DNA of 64,000 nt from Mobula hypostoma. Taxonomy: Eukaryota. The notes under the pieces are model-generated. The model saw only the letters and a list, made by a program, of their open reading frames with translations. It did not search any database and was not told where the DNA came from. A program made the position numbers and the translations under genes. Where the stretch lies: positions 32,986,001 to 33,050,000 of the forward strand of contig NC_086108.1 in NCBI RefSeq assembly GCF_963921235.1, in the 5' to 3' direction. Of this stretch, positions 1 through 12,224 are shown one piece after another; positions within the stretch are counted from its first letter, which is position 1, and each line of letters begins with the position of its first letter.

Positions 1-562
1 ACATGTCGAGGAACCAACTAGAGAGCAGGCTATTCTAGACTGAGTATTGAGCAATGAGGAAGGGTTAATTAGCAATCTTGTCGTGAGAGGCCCCTTGGGT
101 AAGAGTGACCATAATATGGTGGAATTCTTCATTAAGATGGAGAGTGACATAGTTAATTCAGAAACAAAGGTTCTGAACTTAAAGAGGGGTAACTTTGAAG
201 GTATGAGACGTGAATTAGCTAAGATAGACTGGCAAATGACACTTAAAGGGTTGACGGTGGATATGCAATGGCAAGCATTTAAAGATCGCATGGATGAACT
301 ACAACAATTGTTCATCCCAGTTTGGCAAAAGAATAAATCAAGGAAGGTAGTGCACCTGTGACTGACAAGGGAAATTAGGGATAGTATCAATTCCAAAGAA
401 GAAGCATACAAATTAGCCAGAAAAAGTGGCTCACCTGAGGACTGGGAGAAATTCAGAGTCCAACAGAGGAGGACAAAGGGCTGAATTAGGAAAGGGAAAA
501 AAGATTATGAGAGAAAGCTGGCAGGGAACATAAAAACTGACTGTAAAAGCTTTTATAGATAT

Positions 563-1980
563 GTGAAAAGAAAAAGATTGCTTAAGACAAATGTAGGTCC
601 CCTACAGACAGAAACAGGTGAATTGATTATGGGGAGCAAGGACATGGCAGACCAATTGAATAATTACTTTGGTTCTGTCTTCACTAAGGAGGACATAAAT
701 AATCTTCCGGAAATAGTAGGGGACAGAGGGTCCAGTGAGATGGAGGAACTGAGCGAAATACATGTTAGTAGGGAAGTGGTGTTAGGTAAGTTGAAGGGAT
801 TAAAGGCGGATAAATCCCCAGGGCCAGATGGTCTGCAGACCAGAGTGCTTAAGGAAGTAGCCCAAGAAATAGTGGATGCATTAGTGATAATTTTTCAGAA
901 CTCTTTAGATTCTGGACTGGTTCCTGAGGATTGGAGGGTGGCTAATGTAACCCCGCTTTTTAAAAAAGGAGGGAGAGAGAAACCAGGGAATTATAGACCG
1001 GTTAGCCTAACATTGGTGGTGGGGAAACTGCTAGAGTCAGTTATCAAAAATGTGATAATAGCACATTTGGAAAGCAGTGAAATCATCGGACAAAGTCAGC
1101 ATGGATTTGTGAAAGGAAAATCATGTCTGACGAATCTCATAGAATTTTTTGAGGATGTAACTAGTAGAGTGGATAGGGGAGAACCAGTGGATGTGGTATA
1201 TTTGGATTTTCAAAAGGCTTTTGACAAGGTCCCACACAGGAGATTAGTGTGCAAACTTAAAGCACACGGTATTGGGGGTAAGGTATTGATGTGGATAGAG
1301 AATTGGTTGGCAGACAGGAAGCAAAGAGTGGGAATAAACGGGACCTTTTCAGAATGGCAGGCAGTGACTAGTGGGGTACCGCAAGGCTCAGTGCTGGGAC
1401 CCCAGTTGTTTACAATATATATTAATGACTTGGATGAGGGAATTAAATGCAGCATCTCCAAGTTTGCGGATGACACGAAGCTGGGCGGCAGTGTTAGCTG
1501 TGAGGAGGATGCTAAGAGGATGCAGGGTGACTTGGATAGGTTAGGTGCGTGGGCAAATTCATGGCAGATGCAATTTAATGTAGATAAATGTGAAGTTATC
1601 CACTTTGGTGGCAAAAACAGGAAAACAGATTATTATCTGAATGGTGACCGATTAGGAAAAGGGGAGGTGCAACGAGACCTGGGTGTCATTATACACCAGT
1701 CATTGAAAGTGGGCATGCAGGTACAGATGGCGGTGAAAAAGGCAAATGGTATGCTGGCATTTATAGCAAGAGGATTCGATTACAGGAGCAGTGAGGTACT
1801 ACTGCAGTTGTACAAGGCCTTGGTGAGACCACACCTGGAGTATTGTGTGCAGTTTTGGTCCCCTAATCTGAGGAAAGACATCCTTGCCATAGAGGGAGTA
1901 CAAAGAAGGTTCACCAGATTGATTCCTGGGATGGCAGGACTTTCATATGATGAAAGACTGGATGAACTAGGCTTATACTC
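563..1980 (+). pseudogene. CR1 ORF2 reverse transcriptase domain, interrupted by stops and an insertion
   Basis: RT motifs are intact in ORF 563-2062. The last ~26 aa are read-through into the insert at 1981-2076, and there is an upstream stop at 359-361. Confidence 0.92.
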
Positions 1981-2076
1981 ACAACACACATCAAAGTTGC
2001 TGGTGAATGCAGCAGGCCAGGCAGCATCTGTAGGAAGAGGTGCAGTCGACGTTTCAGGCTGAGACCCTTCGTCATT
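1981..2076 (-). mobile_element. 96-bp Penelope-like terminal repeat fragment with 5'-truncated hammerhead motif
   Basis: Perfect 13-bp TSD TAGGCTTATACTC at 1968-1980 and 2077-2089. Absent from the paralogous CR1 near 15690. Minus strand reads UGACGA-AGGGUCUCAGCCU-GAAA-CGUC-GACUG. Confidence 0.9.
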
Positions 2077-2512
2077 TAGGCTTATACTCGTTGGAATTTA
2101 GAAGATTGAGGGGGGATCTGATGGAAACGTATAAAATCCTAAAGGGATTGGACAGGCTAGATGCAGGAAGATTGTTCCCGATGTTGGGGAAGTCCAGAAT
2201 GAGGGGTCACAGTTTGAGGATAAAGGGGAAGTCTTTTAGGACCAAGATTAGGAAAAACTTCTTCACACAAAGAGTGGTAAATCTGTGGAATTCTCTGCCA
2301 CAGGAAACAGTTGAGGCCAGTTCATTGGCTATATTTAAGAGGAAGTTAGATATGGCCCTTGTGGCTAAAGGGATCAGGGGGTATGGAGGGAAGGCTGGTA
2401 CAGGGTTCTGAGTTGGATGATCAGCCATGATCATACTGAATGGCGGTGCAGGCTCGAAGGGCCGAATGGCCTACTCCTGCACCTATTTTCTATGTTTCTA
2501 TGTTTCTATGTT

Positions 2513-2663
2513 TAAGGGGAACATGAGAGGGAGTTTCTCCACTCAGCGGGTCAGAGGATGGTGAGAGTGTGGAACGAGCTTCCAGTGCAAGTGGTGGATG
2601 TGGGCTTGGTTTCAAGATTTAAGAGAAATTTGGACAGGTAGATGGATGGAAGGCGTATGGAGG
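2513..2663 (+). mobile_element. Older CR1 3' fragment
   Basis: Degenerate ORF2 C-terminal coding sequence (VRVWNELP...FKRNLDR). Confidence 0.7.
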
Positions 2664-3612
2664 CACGACAAGTAGCAAGAGAGCAAAATATTGAATTTTT
2701 CCTCTAAATTAAGCATAAGGACTGGGTGTGTCATGTGATGTGATTTGATATATTGTTGCCCTGGACACTGCTGTTGGCTGAGAGAGAACTGCTTTCAAAA
2801 AAGGGTAGTCCTGTTGTCAGCTGCACCTCCGTAATTTGCTTTTGCCCCATCAGCACTATGCAGCCTACCGACACTACAGTCTGTAGACTCTATCAATCAG
2901 TTAATCGGACTGAAATCATTCCGATTCACGGACTGAAACTAGAGTTCCGCTCAGATAGTGGAATGGAACACTTTGCATACGACTAGAAAGGCAGGGTGAG
3001 CCTCGATTCAACATCAGACCCAAAAGGAAGAGGCTCTGATGCTATTGCACTGAAGTGAGCATGTCAGTTACATCCTCAGACCCCAGCAATGGGATGTAGG
3101 TGCAAGAACATACACAAAATCAAAACTTCCACTCGGACCAATGCTTCACCTCTGACCATACAAGACCCTTCCCAAAACTAAAATGGTTCAGTTCTACATT
3201 AAATTAAGTATTGTATCTTCTGAGACCATGTGATATGACAATGATTTTCAAAAGCTGATATGTAAACTGATAACAATGAAATTTCTGCTGAGTACAGTAA
3301 TGTTTTGGAGACTGGCTCACTGACCATTTAGCACAACTGACATACGAACTTGATGACTAGAGTGTTATGCAGTATCTGCTCCTGATCTAATCTTAATGTG
3401 AAGCTCATGCACATGCAGCAGACAGCTGAAATGTAGTATTCATATCTTTATATTTGTTTTTGATATCGGAGACCAGTTGGCTCATTGTATCCATGCTGAC
3501 TCTCAGAGCAAACTCAATAATCCCATCTCTCTACATATCACTGTGCCTTATGATCTCAAATATGTCTATTAACACCTCACTGATTAGTTACATTTGGGGA
3601 AATTTATAATTA

Positions 3613-4731
3613 GAAACATAGAAAACCTACAGCACAATACAGGCCTTTCAGTTCACAAAGCTGTGCTGAACATGTCCTTATCTTAGAAATTTCCTAGGGT
3701 TACCCATAACCCTCTATTCTTCTAAACTCCATGTACCTATCCAGGAGTCTCTTAAAAGACCCTATTGTATCTGCCTCCACCACCGCCGCCGGCAGCCAAT
3801 TCCACACACTCACCACTCTCTGCATAACGAACTTACCCCTGACATCTCCTCTGTACCAACTTCCAAGCACCTTAAAACTGTGCCCTCTCATGCTAGCCAT
3901 TTCAGCCCTGGGAAAAAGCCTCTGACTATCCACATGAGCAATGCTTCTCATTACCTTGTACACCTCTATCAGGTCACCTCTCATCCTCCATCACTCCAAG
4001 GAGAAAAGGCCGAGTTCACTTAACCTATTCTCATAAGGCATGCTCCCCAATCCAGGCAACATCCTTGTAAGTCTCCTCTGCACCTTTTCTATGGTTTCCA
4101 CATCCTTCCTGTAGTGAGGTGACTAGAACTGAGCACAGTACCCCAAGTGGGGTCTGACCAGGGTCCCATATAGCTGTAATGTTACCTCTTGACTCCTAAA
4201 CTCAATTCCACAATTGATGAAGGCCAATGCACCGTATGCTTTCTTAACCACAGAGTCAACCTGCGTAGCAGCTTTGAGTGTCCTGTGGACTCAGCCCCCA
4301 AGATCCCTCTGATCCTCCACACTGCCAAGAGTCTTGCCATTAATGCTATATTCTGCTATCATATTTGCCCTACCAAAATGAACCACATCACACTTATCTG
4401 GGTTGGATGCCATCTGCCACTTTCAGCCCAGTTTTGCATCCTATCAATGTCCCTCTGTAACCTCTGGCAGCCCTCCACACTATCCACTACACCCCCAACC
4501 TTTGTGTCGTCAGCAAATTTACTAACCCATCCCTCTACTTCTTCATCCAGGTCATTTATAAAAATCACAAAGAGTAGGGATCCCAGAATAGATCCCTGAG
4601 GCACACCACTGGTGACTGACCACCATGCAGAATATGACCCGTCTACAACCACTCTTTGCCTTCTGTGGGCAAGCCAATTCTGGATCCACAAAGCAATGTC
4701 CCCTTGGATCCCATGCCTCCTTACTTTCTCA
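3613..4731 (-). mobile_element. CR1 LINE subfamily B, 5'-truncated
   Basis: ORFs 4359-4790 and 3700-3984 ([22 protein letters not shown]). TTTCTA-type tail at left. ATAATTA duplicated at 3606-3612 and 4732-4738. Appears inserted into a SINE. Confidence 0.92.
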
Positions 4732-5354
4732 ATAATTAACAGGAATCTTTGGTATGTGGGAGGAAATCTGAATATCCAAAGGAAACACACAAGTTACAGA
4801 GAGAATTTGCAAACGCCACACAGACAGCACTATGGTCCAGAGAGAAGTGAGACAAATACACAACAAATACCAAGCACAGCAATGATGTAGTCCTAACCTT
4901 GAGTGGATGTAGGTTGTAATATGGTAGGAGATCTCTCTGGTCTAAATTTGGTCATTTGCCTAAGTGAACTCAGGTGGAGTGCCACAAATAGATTCAATGA
5001 CAATAGGATAAGAAGAAATAAAACAAGCAAGATTTGCAGTTTTAACCAGGTAGCGAGGACGAGAGAAATTTTAGTTGTAATAGAATGCCCAAGCTACAAA
5101 GGCTGTTTCATGGGTGAGATGCAAGAGATGATGAACTGACCCCAGCATAAGTCAATTCTCTCAGGAAATGAAGGGAAAAAAATTTTTCTTGCTAAGACAA
5201 AGGGGGAGTGGGGTGAAGGGGAATGTTTTCTGATTGAAATTTTTAATATTAAATACATTGTGTACAAAGCAAGTTTCCAAGTGGATTGAAATGTGCTCTT
5301 TCATTTATGCAAAAATTCAGCTTCAAAAACTGATACATAATAATAAATAATAAA

Positions 5355-5580
5355 TAAACATAGAGCAATAGTATAACGCAATACAGGCTCCTCGGCCACA
5401 ATATTGTGCTGACTTCTTAACCTACTCCAAGATAAACCTAATGCTTCCCTCCCTCGTAAACTTCTATTTTTCTTTCATCCATGTACCTATCTAAAAGTCT
5501 CTTAAATCTTCCTAATGTAAGCACCTCTATCAGCAAGCCTGGCAGTACGTTCCACATACTTATCACTCTCTGTGTAAAAT
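5355..5580 (-). mobile_element. CR1 3' end fragment
   Basis: Similar to the 3' UTR and ORF2 end of the element at 3613-3830. Confidence 0.7.
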
Positions 5581-6819
5581 CCTCTGACTGTTTTGCATCC
5601 ATTTTTCGGTTACTGTACCTTACAAACAGAAATTCAATTGACCATGTCTATCCCATAAAAGGATTATGGGTTTACTGCAGCCTGCTGTATGATTTGCACA
5701 ACAGAGAGTCTATCAATTTTTCCTTTTAAGTCTCTACTGGTCCAAGTTCATCCTTGTAGAAGCATCCATTCTGCTGAGCTCAAAATATTTTTTTATGCAG
5801 CGGGATCACCGGAGAATAATGATTTATTTGTTTATTGCCTGGCACCCCTGCACTCCTAAGCCAGCATTCATTGGTAGTCCGTAACCACCCTTGAGAAGGT
5901 GGTGATAAGCCACCATCTTCACCATTGCAGTTCTACTAGTGTAAGTTTTCCTATAATCTGGTGGATAGGGAGTTCCAGGACTTCCAGTGAGGAAGAAGCA
6001 CTGTTGACATATTTCCGAGGAAGGATGATGGCGAAGAATCTGCTTAAGCGCAGAGATTTTCCATTTCAAATCATTTGATGGTAAGTATTTTTCCATTTAA
6101 ATCTGACAACTTATGAATTGTTCATTTTAAACAGAATAAGGGAACTCTTGTACCCAAGCATTTAAAAAGGCGTTTTGGAGAATGGCATGTCATTTTCAAT
6201 ATTAAATCAGACAGCCAATTCTGCAGCGCTATCGTCCTCATCCAGTAAGTAAGGAATGCCCTTTTACAAACATGCATTCAAAGACACTGGTGATATATGG
6301 AGCCACTTGACCATTATAATAGATCTTAGGAACAAATCAAGGTTACCAGCTCTTTGCTGTGATTGCACAGTCTAAGAATTTACACACAGCATGAGTTGTG
6401 CTCAACAAATCAATAAACAATAAAATGAAAAGGATTGAGAAAGCTAAGGTCATTTCATTTTTTCTTGCTGAACTCCCTCTCTCATTTTGTCAGGTTAACC
6501 TACTGGCCAAGATATTTACTTGGCGCTAGAAACCAGGCATCACTCCTGGGGTACTCCTGAAGAGGTTAGCCAAAGAGCAGCTGCCAAAAGAGCTGTGTTG
6601 CCTCAGCTCCTGAAAATCAGCGAGCTGTGCAGTGGCCATTTGGGCTTTGTACACCTTCTCCTTCTCGATTCACTTCCATGCTTCAACAAAGATACCCTGC
6701 CATTGTCATTCCGCAGTGGCTCTTTTAAGGCCACGGATTAGGCCCATAACACATAAGTGTACCACACAAGGCCAATGCTTTATCTAGCTTTGGCTTAATT
6801 GGGAATGGTATCCTGAATG

Positions 6820-7148
6820 GGGCAGCATGGTGATGTACGGAATGGCGTAGTGGTATAGCAGTTAGCACAACCAGCGCTTGGATTCAATTCCCACTGCTGT
6901 CTGTGAAGAGCTTGTTCATTCTCCCCGTGATTGCATGAATTTCCTCCAGGTGGTCCAGCTTCCTAACACTTTCCAAAGACAGACAGTTCGGGTTAGTAAA
7001 TTGTATATTGTGAGCATGCTAATGTTGGTGCTGAAAGTGCGGTGACACTTGTGGGCTGCACCCAGTACAGTCCTCGCTGATCTAATTTGATGTAAATAAT
7101 GCATTTCTCTGTATGTTTTGATGTACAGGTGATAAATAAAGCTAGTCT
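6820..7148 (+). mobile_element. tRNA-derived SINE
   Basis: A-box-like TGGCGTAGTGG (~6843), B-box-like GGATTCAATTCC (~6880), core TTTCCTCCAGGTGGTCCAGCTTCCT, and a tail with AATAAA. Confidence 0.75.
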
Positions 7149-7169
7149 TCAAACTTTTTCTCTTTAGAA

Positions 7170-7292
7170 ACCCTCATCAGGGATGGACAGGCAAAAGTTT
7201 TGAGGAGCTTATTAGAACCTCTCAGGTTAAAGACAGATGGAAGACCATGATCGCCCACGTCTTATGACACGGCATGTGATAATGACGATGAT
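7170..7292 (+). mobile_element. RTE-like LINE 3' end fragment
   Basis: DRWKTMIAHV-like terminal coding sequence followed by a (GAT)-type tail. Family assignment is from recall. Confidence 0.45.
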
Positions 7293-7384
7293 ATATCTTC
7301 ATATGTTAAAAAAAAAGGTGGAGACTAAGTTGTGTCCTTTTTAGTAAGTTTACTTTGGTCGGTGCATATGTCATTCAGAGAGGA

Positions 7385-7850
7385 CACACAGGGGACTGCA
7401 GATGCTGGAATCTGGAGCAAGAACCTGCTGGGGGAACTCAGTGGGTTGAGCAGCATCTATGGGGAGAAAGGAATTATTGACATATATTTCCCCCAGCAGC
7501 TGTATCCAGTCTCCCAATCTTCACACTCCTTCCCGCACCTTGCTTCATCTGCCTCTCAATATTTCTCTTGCTCTCTCTTTATCTGCCTCCATCTGTCATT
7601 CACCTGTTTCCCGACACTATCCCTCTATCCCTGCTCCCTTCCCCTACCTGGGTCAACCTGTCCATCATCTCATACGCCTCCTCAGCCCACCGATCATCTC
7701 AGGATCCTGTCTCACCACATCCCTTCCTCTCTATACTAGCCATCTCCCCTCCCCATTCTCATTCCTTTTGTAGTGTTTTGACCTGAACATCAAGAATTCC
7801 TTTCCTCCCACTGATGCAGCTTGACTCACTGAGTTTCTCCGGCAGATTGT
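7385..7850. mobile_element. Degenerate inverted pair of PLE terminal repeats
   Basis: The left arm (GGAACTCAGTGGGTTGAGCAGCATC...AAAGGAATT) is the reverse complement of the right arm (AATTCCTTT...GATGCAGCTTGACTCACTGAGTTTC), separated by a pyrimidine-rich pLTR body. Confidence 0.7.
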
Positions 7851-8144
7851 TAATTTAGCCCTGATAAACATCAGCCAAAATAGCACCTGCCAATGATCTA
7901 CAGAGTGACAGAAGAGAAGCCCACCAAAGTGTTGTGATCCTTCCTGGATTGGAGGAAAGGAACAGTTACCAACTATAAATATTGACTACATTAACTAGAT
8001 GCTTTGGGACAAGTTACCCAAGCAGCATACTCAAGGAGCCTTCTGTCTGCAGTGGACATCCATCTCGGGCACCTGGAGACCAATTCTGTTCACATTCCAT
8101 CTCCTTTCCAACTCAGAAATTAGTTGCCTCTCTCCGCCAACCCA

Positions 8145-8366
8145 TCTGTAATGCTGATCCGGCTGTCAAAAACGAATCTGCTGTGGGAACTCAGCAGGTC
8201 GAACAGCATCTGTGGGGAGAAAGGAATTGCTGACACTTTGGTTCGAAGCCCTGCATATCTCCCCCTGGCAACTGTCTCCAGTCTTCTAATCTTCACACTC
8301 CTTTCCCCACCTTGCTTCATTTTGCTCTCAAACCTGCTCGAACTGCAAAGTTCCTCCAGCAGTTGA
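8145..8366. mobile_element. Degenerate inverted PLE terminal repeat pair
   Basis: CTGCTGTGGGAACTCAGCAGGTCGAACAGCA ... CTGCTCGAACTGCAAAGTTCCTCCAGCAG, with a decayed hammerhead remnant at ~8225-8258 on the minus strand. Confidence 0.6.
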
Positions 8367-8784
8367 TAAACCATCATATCTCTCTCTGGCTCTGAGCTTC
8401 TCAAAACACTTTGTTATTTTTATTTTTAATTCCTTACCAACTGTTTGTAACAATATGTTAAAAATGTTCAATTTGGATTGTAATTTGCAGGCTGAAAATA
8501 ATTGTTAAGTGCCTTTGCACAGATCTAGATACCAGTTTGTTATTCAGGCACTCTCCCAGTAGCTCCCACACTGTGATTTAGTTGTCATTTTGTTAGTGTC
8601 TGTTTACTTCCTCAACAATATCAGGAACAGATTTGATTATTCACAGATTAAGCCGAGATAAGCCATTTTGCTGTTGCTCATTATGAGCATGACTTTTTCT
8701 ACGATTCCAACTTCCTTATGTGAATTCTCACATGTGTGGTAACACCTTGCTGTGCTGCCTGCCCAGAAATCCTGTGTGTCTCAG

Positions 8785-9205
8785 GAATGCAGCATCCATC
8801 ATTGCGGACCCCCGTCACCCAGGCCCTGCTTTCTTCTTGTTCCTGCCATCAGGAAGGTGCTACAGGAGCCTTAGGGTTCACACTATCGGGTTCAGGAACA
8901 GCGCTACCCCTTAATCATTAGACTCTTGAACCAGAGCGGGTAACTTCACTCAACTTCACTTGCTCTATCACAGGACTATCCCACAAACTACGGGCTCACT
9001 TTCAAGGACACTTCATTTCATGTTCTCTATATTTATTGCTTATTTATTTATTTAGTTTTAATCTTTCTTTTTGCATTTGTACAGTTTGTTGTCTTTTGCA
9101 CCCTGGTTGTCCGCTCTGTTGCTGCAGTCTTTTATTGATTCTAATATGTTTATTTGGTTTATGGAGTATGCCTGCAAGAAAGTGAATCTTATGGTGGCAT
9201 ATATA
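8785..9205 (+). mobile_element. Rex1/Babar-type LINE 3' fragment (tail resumes at 10073-10105)
   Basis: AASIIADPRHPG..FLPSGRCYRSL..TIGFRNS motif. The same 3' UTR family occurs at 26570-27350 and 54310-54930. Confidence 0.8.
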
Positions 9206-10072
9206 TTTTCTTTAGATACCTCAAGGAGATCTTGTGACTTTTTTTGTGAGAATGATGTAATGGTCTTTTGGAGGTCACCTGATGTACTTTTCCCGCCGAT
9301 GTGAGGTCACGTGAGGGCATGTTCCCCACGGGTATATAAGGGAAGACCTCAGATGACGCAGTTAGTTTTTAGTTTTTAGTTCTCCAGCTAGAACGTGCGA
9401 CTGTGTCTCCATTTCTGTTGCGTATTTATTTTATGATGCAGTTTCATTTTTAGAAAGGGGTATTACGTTCTGTTGCAATAGTGCTGGACTGGCAATTTTT
9501 TCTAGATTTGTTGATGTACCTTTTCAGTAGTATTGGAGAGTGAAGACTTCATTGAAGTACAGGATATGAAGGATTAAAATAAGTTGGGAATGTTCGGCAG
9601 TTTAATAAGGGATCGACCTTATTGAGTCTTTGTTGAGGAAGTAGCCACCTGCATCGAGATAACTCCTGCTGAAAGAGCAAGGTAGTTCATGCAAGGTTTG
9701 CTCTCTAGAAATTAAGGTCAGTTGTTTTAAGCCGTTTATTTCCTGCATCGTGAATCCTTTGGACAGAACCAGCAGGAAAGTCGCGTCTATGAAGAAATTC
9801 TCTCCAGAGAAGTCTCTCCAAATTGAATGTATAAATCTGTTGAACTTTCGAATTTACCCTTTTAAGAACTATATCTGATTTTACCGCTTTCGAAAAGAAC
9901 TGTTTTCGCATTTAACCAGTGCCAAGTGACGATTTGTTGAACGGCCGCATAGCGGTTAACTTCCGGTTCAGGTTTTCGTTTGTTTTTTACTGTTTATCCG
10001 TGTTTAATAAATGTTTGGTTGTTTTTATATAACCTGTCTCGATTGATATTCATTGTTGCCAGTTACGTAACA
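9206..10072 (+). mobile_element. Solo LTR-like insertion
   Basis: Splits the Rex1 tail. Has a TATA box GGTATATAAG (~9331), AATAAA at 10006-10011 and terminal GTTACGTAACA. The 5' TG end is not clearly seen. Confidence 0.6.
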
Positions 10073-10851
10073 ATTATACTTTGATAATAGAGTTACTTTG
10101 AACTTCATTGGGAGAAATGAAATTCATTGGGCATCCTATTCCTGGCACAGAAATTTCTCTCCAGCTGCCCATTTTTCACCCACATACTCCTAAAGGACAT
10201 TGCATTCATCTCTTTAAAGCCACAAGTCCTGCAGCTATTGGTTGGGGATGTCTCCTAACATCTCCCATATTTTTCTGAGTAACTTCCTCTTGATGTCCCA
10301 ATGGATGAGTTTTATTGATTGAGCGTGAAAGATGAAGCATGCCTGCATTGGTCAGAAAATGACTGGAGAGGAGGTACAAAGAGCAATAATCATATTTGAA
10401 TCAGTTGTCGAAATTATGCTTCTCAATTGAAGAGTGAGAACTGGATGCTAATTCTTGAATTACCATCTCCCTTGGGAGAGTACTGGTGGACCAACACAGC
10501 TGAATAAATGGCATTACCAACCTTATCTGTCGGCAATGGTACAACTACCCGATACTGGTGTACGGTCTGAAATCATGAGCTTGTGGAAGGGAATGGTCCC
10601 TGTGGCTTGTAGCACCAATGAATACATAAGATAAAACAACTCTTTATGCAATCGCTTCATCATTATCTCTCTAAATATAGATGAGGTGGTGGACTAATCC
10701 TACTCCTTCAGACTTGCACAGTCACAGAGTCACAGACTTTTTGTTCAGCTTGGCCTATGCCAACCAACTATTCCCATCCAGGATAGTCCCATTTGCCCAT
10801 GTTTGCCCCATATGCCACGAAGCCTTTCCTAACCAGGTGCCTGTCCAAGTA

Positions 10852-11100
10852 ACACACACAAGCTGCTGGAGGAACTCAGCAGATCAGGCAGCACGTATGG
10901 AAATGAATAAACAGTCGATGTTTCGGGCAGAGACCCTGCTTCAGGACTGGGAAGGAAGGAGGAAGAGGCCAGAATAAAAAATAGTGGAGAGAGGGGAAGG
11001 AGGATAGCTATAAGGTGATAGGTGAAGCCATGTGGGTAGGAAAGATAAAGGGATGGACAGGAAGGAATCTGATAGGAGAGGAGAGTGGACCATGGGAGAA
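10852..11100 (-). mobile_element. PLE terminal repeat with hammerhead motif, inserted in an old CR1 3' fragment
   Basis: Imperfect TSD TGTCCAAGTA (10842-10851) / TGTTCAAGTA (11106-11115). Same family as the copies at 39155, 44097 and 62461. Confidence 0.85.
10912..10949 (-). ncRNA. Minimal type I hammerhead ribozyme motif (core mutated)
   Basis: CAGUC-CUGAAGC-AGGGUCUCUGCCC-GAAA-CAUC-GACUG. Stem I is perfect; A9 is changed to C. Confidence 0.7.
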
Positions 11101-11130
11101 ATATTTGTTCAAGTACCTTTTAAACATTAT

Positions 11131-11909
11131 ATTAGATTAGATTCAACTTTATTGTCATTGTGCTGAGTACAGATACAAAGCCAATGAAATGCAGTTAGCG
11201 TCTAACCAGGAATGCAAAAAATAGTCTTATTTACAGAATAACTGTGAATAAAAAGTAGTGCTACAGCACACAAATATAGAAGTACTAAGACAATACAATA
11301 TAGATGCAATACTGCTTAGTGCTGTGATGAGAGTTTCAGCAGGGTCACAGCCTCAGGGAAGAAGCTCTTCCTGTGCCTGCTGGTGCAGGAGCGGAGGCTC
11401 CTGTAGTGCCTACTGGATGGGAGGAGAGTAAAAAGTCCATGGTTAGGGTGAGATGCATCCTTGATAATGCTTTTCACCCTGCCCAGGCAGCGTTTATGGT
11501 CGATGTTCTCAATGGTGGGCAATTGGGTGCCGATAATCCACTGGGCAGTTTTCACCACCCACTGGAGTGCTTTGCGGTCCGATACGGGACAATTGCCATA
11601 CCACACTGAGATACAGTTGGTGAGTATGCTCTCAATGGTACAGCAGTAAAAGTCCATCAGTATCCTGCAACAGAGGTGAGCTCTCTTGATGCTCCACAGG
11701 AAATAAAGGCACTGTTGCACCTTTTTGATCAGGATGGAGGAGTTCAGGGACCAGGTGAGATCCTTGGAAGTGTGGACACCAAGGAATTTGAAGCTTGATA
11801 CACGCGCCACTACAGCTCCGTTAAAGTAGATGGGGACGTGAGTGTGGCTCCTAGTATGCCTGAAGTCCACAATGATCCCCTTGGTCTTCTGGGTGTTAAG
11901 GACCAGGTT
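11131..11909 (-). mobile_element. Rex1/Babar LINE, 5'-truncated
   Basis: ORF 11316-11870 (FKFLGVH, IESILTNCISVWYG, HPNHGLFTLLPS). (ATTAG)n tail. TSD AACATTAT at 11123-11130 and 11910-11917. Confidence 0.92.
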
Positions 11910-12115
11910 AACATTATCGTGCCTGCCTCAACCACTTCCTCTGGCAATTCCTTTCATAAATGGACCACCCACTGGGAAGAAAAAGTTGCCCCTCAGGATC
12001 CTATTAAAACTCTCCCTTCTCATCTTAAACCAGTGCTCTCTAATTCTTGACTTCCCAACCCTGGGGGAAAATAAAGATGGCGCACATCCACCCGATAGGA
12101 AGGGTGAAAGATTTT

Positions 12116-12224
12116 AACGACTGTACTGTGACTACACATTGGCTTATCTGTCCATGGTGCTCTTGCTCCATTTGAAACAACTGTACTGTGACTACACATT
12201 GGCTTATCTGTCCTATGGTGCTCT
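12116..12224. repeat. ~60-bp tandem duplication at the CR1 5' junction
   Basis: CTGTACTGTGACTACACATTGGCTTATCTGTCC occurs at 12121 and 12181. Confidence 0.9.

Larger units (their letters stand above)
1..2512 (+). mobile_element. CR1 LINE (young subfamily A), ORF2 end of APE + RT + 3' UTR, runs off window start
   Basis: ORFs 47-361, 563-2062 and 2040-2411 carry CR1 motifs (LGKSDHN, KSPGPDG, QHGF, YLDFQKAFDKVPH, GVPQGSVLGP, FADD). Ends in (TTTCTATG)n at ~2487-2512. Nearly identical by eye to 13714-16115. Confidence 0.97.

Noticed and set aside
563..2062. 499-aa ORF as a host or domesticated RT gene
   Set aside because: It is a CR1 ORF2 fragment with no genuine start, upstream stops, and a C-terminus derived from the 96-bp insert.
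6843..6895. tRNA gene
   Set aside because: The A/B-box-like motifs belong to a SINE head; no cloverleaf is evident.
7155..7185. CUGAUGA on the minus strand as another hammerhead
   Set aside because: No stem II/GAAA/cleavage-triplet arrangement with a pairing stem I; it lies at the edge of a LINE fragment.
12116..12224. CRISPR-like repeat-spacer pattern
   Set aside because: Only two units of a simple tandem duplication in vertebrate DNA, with no cas genes.
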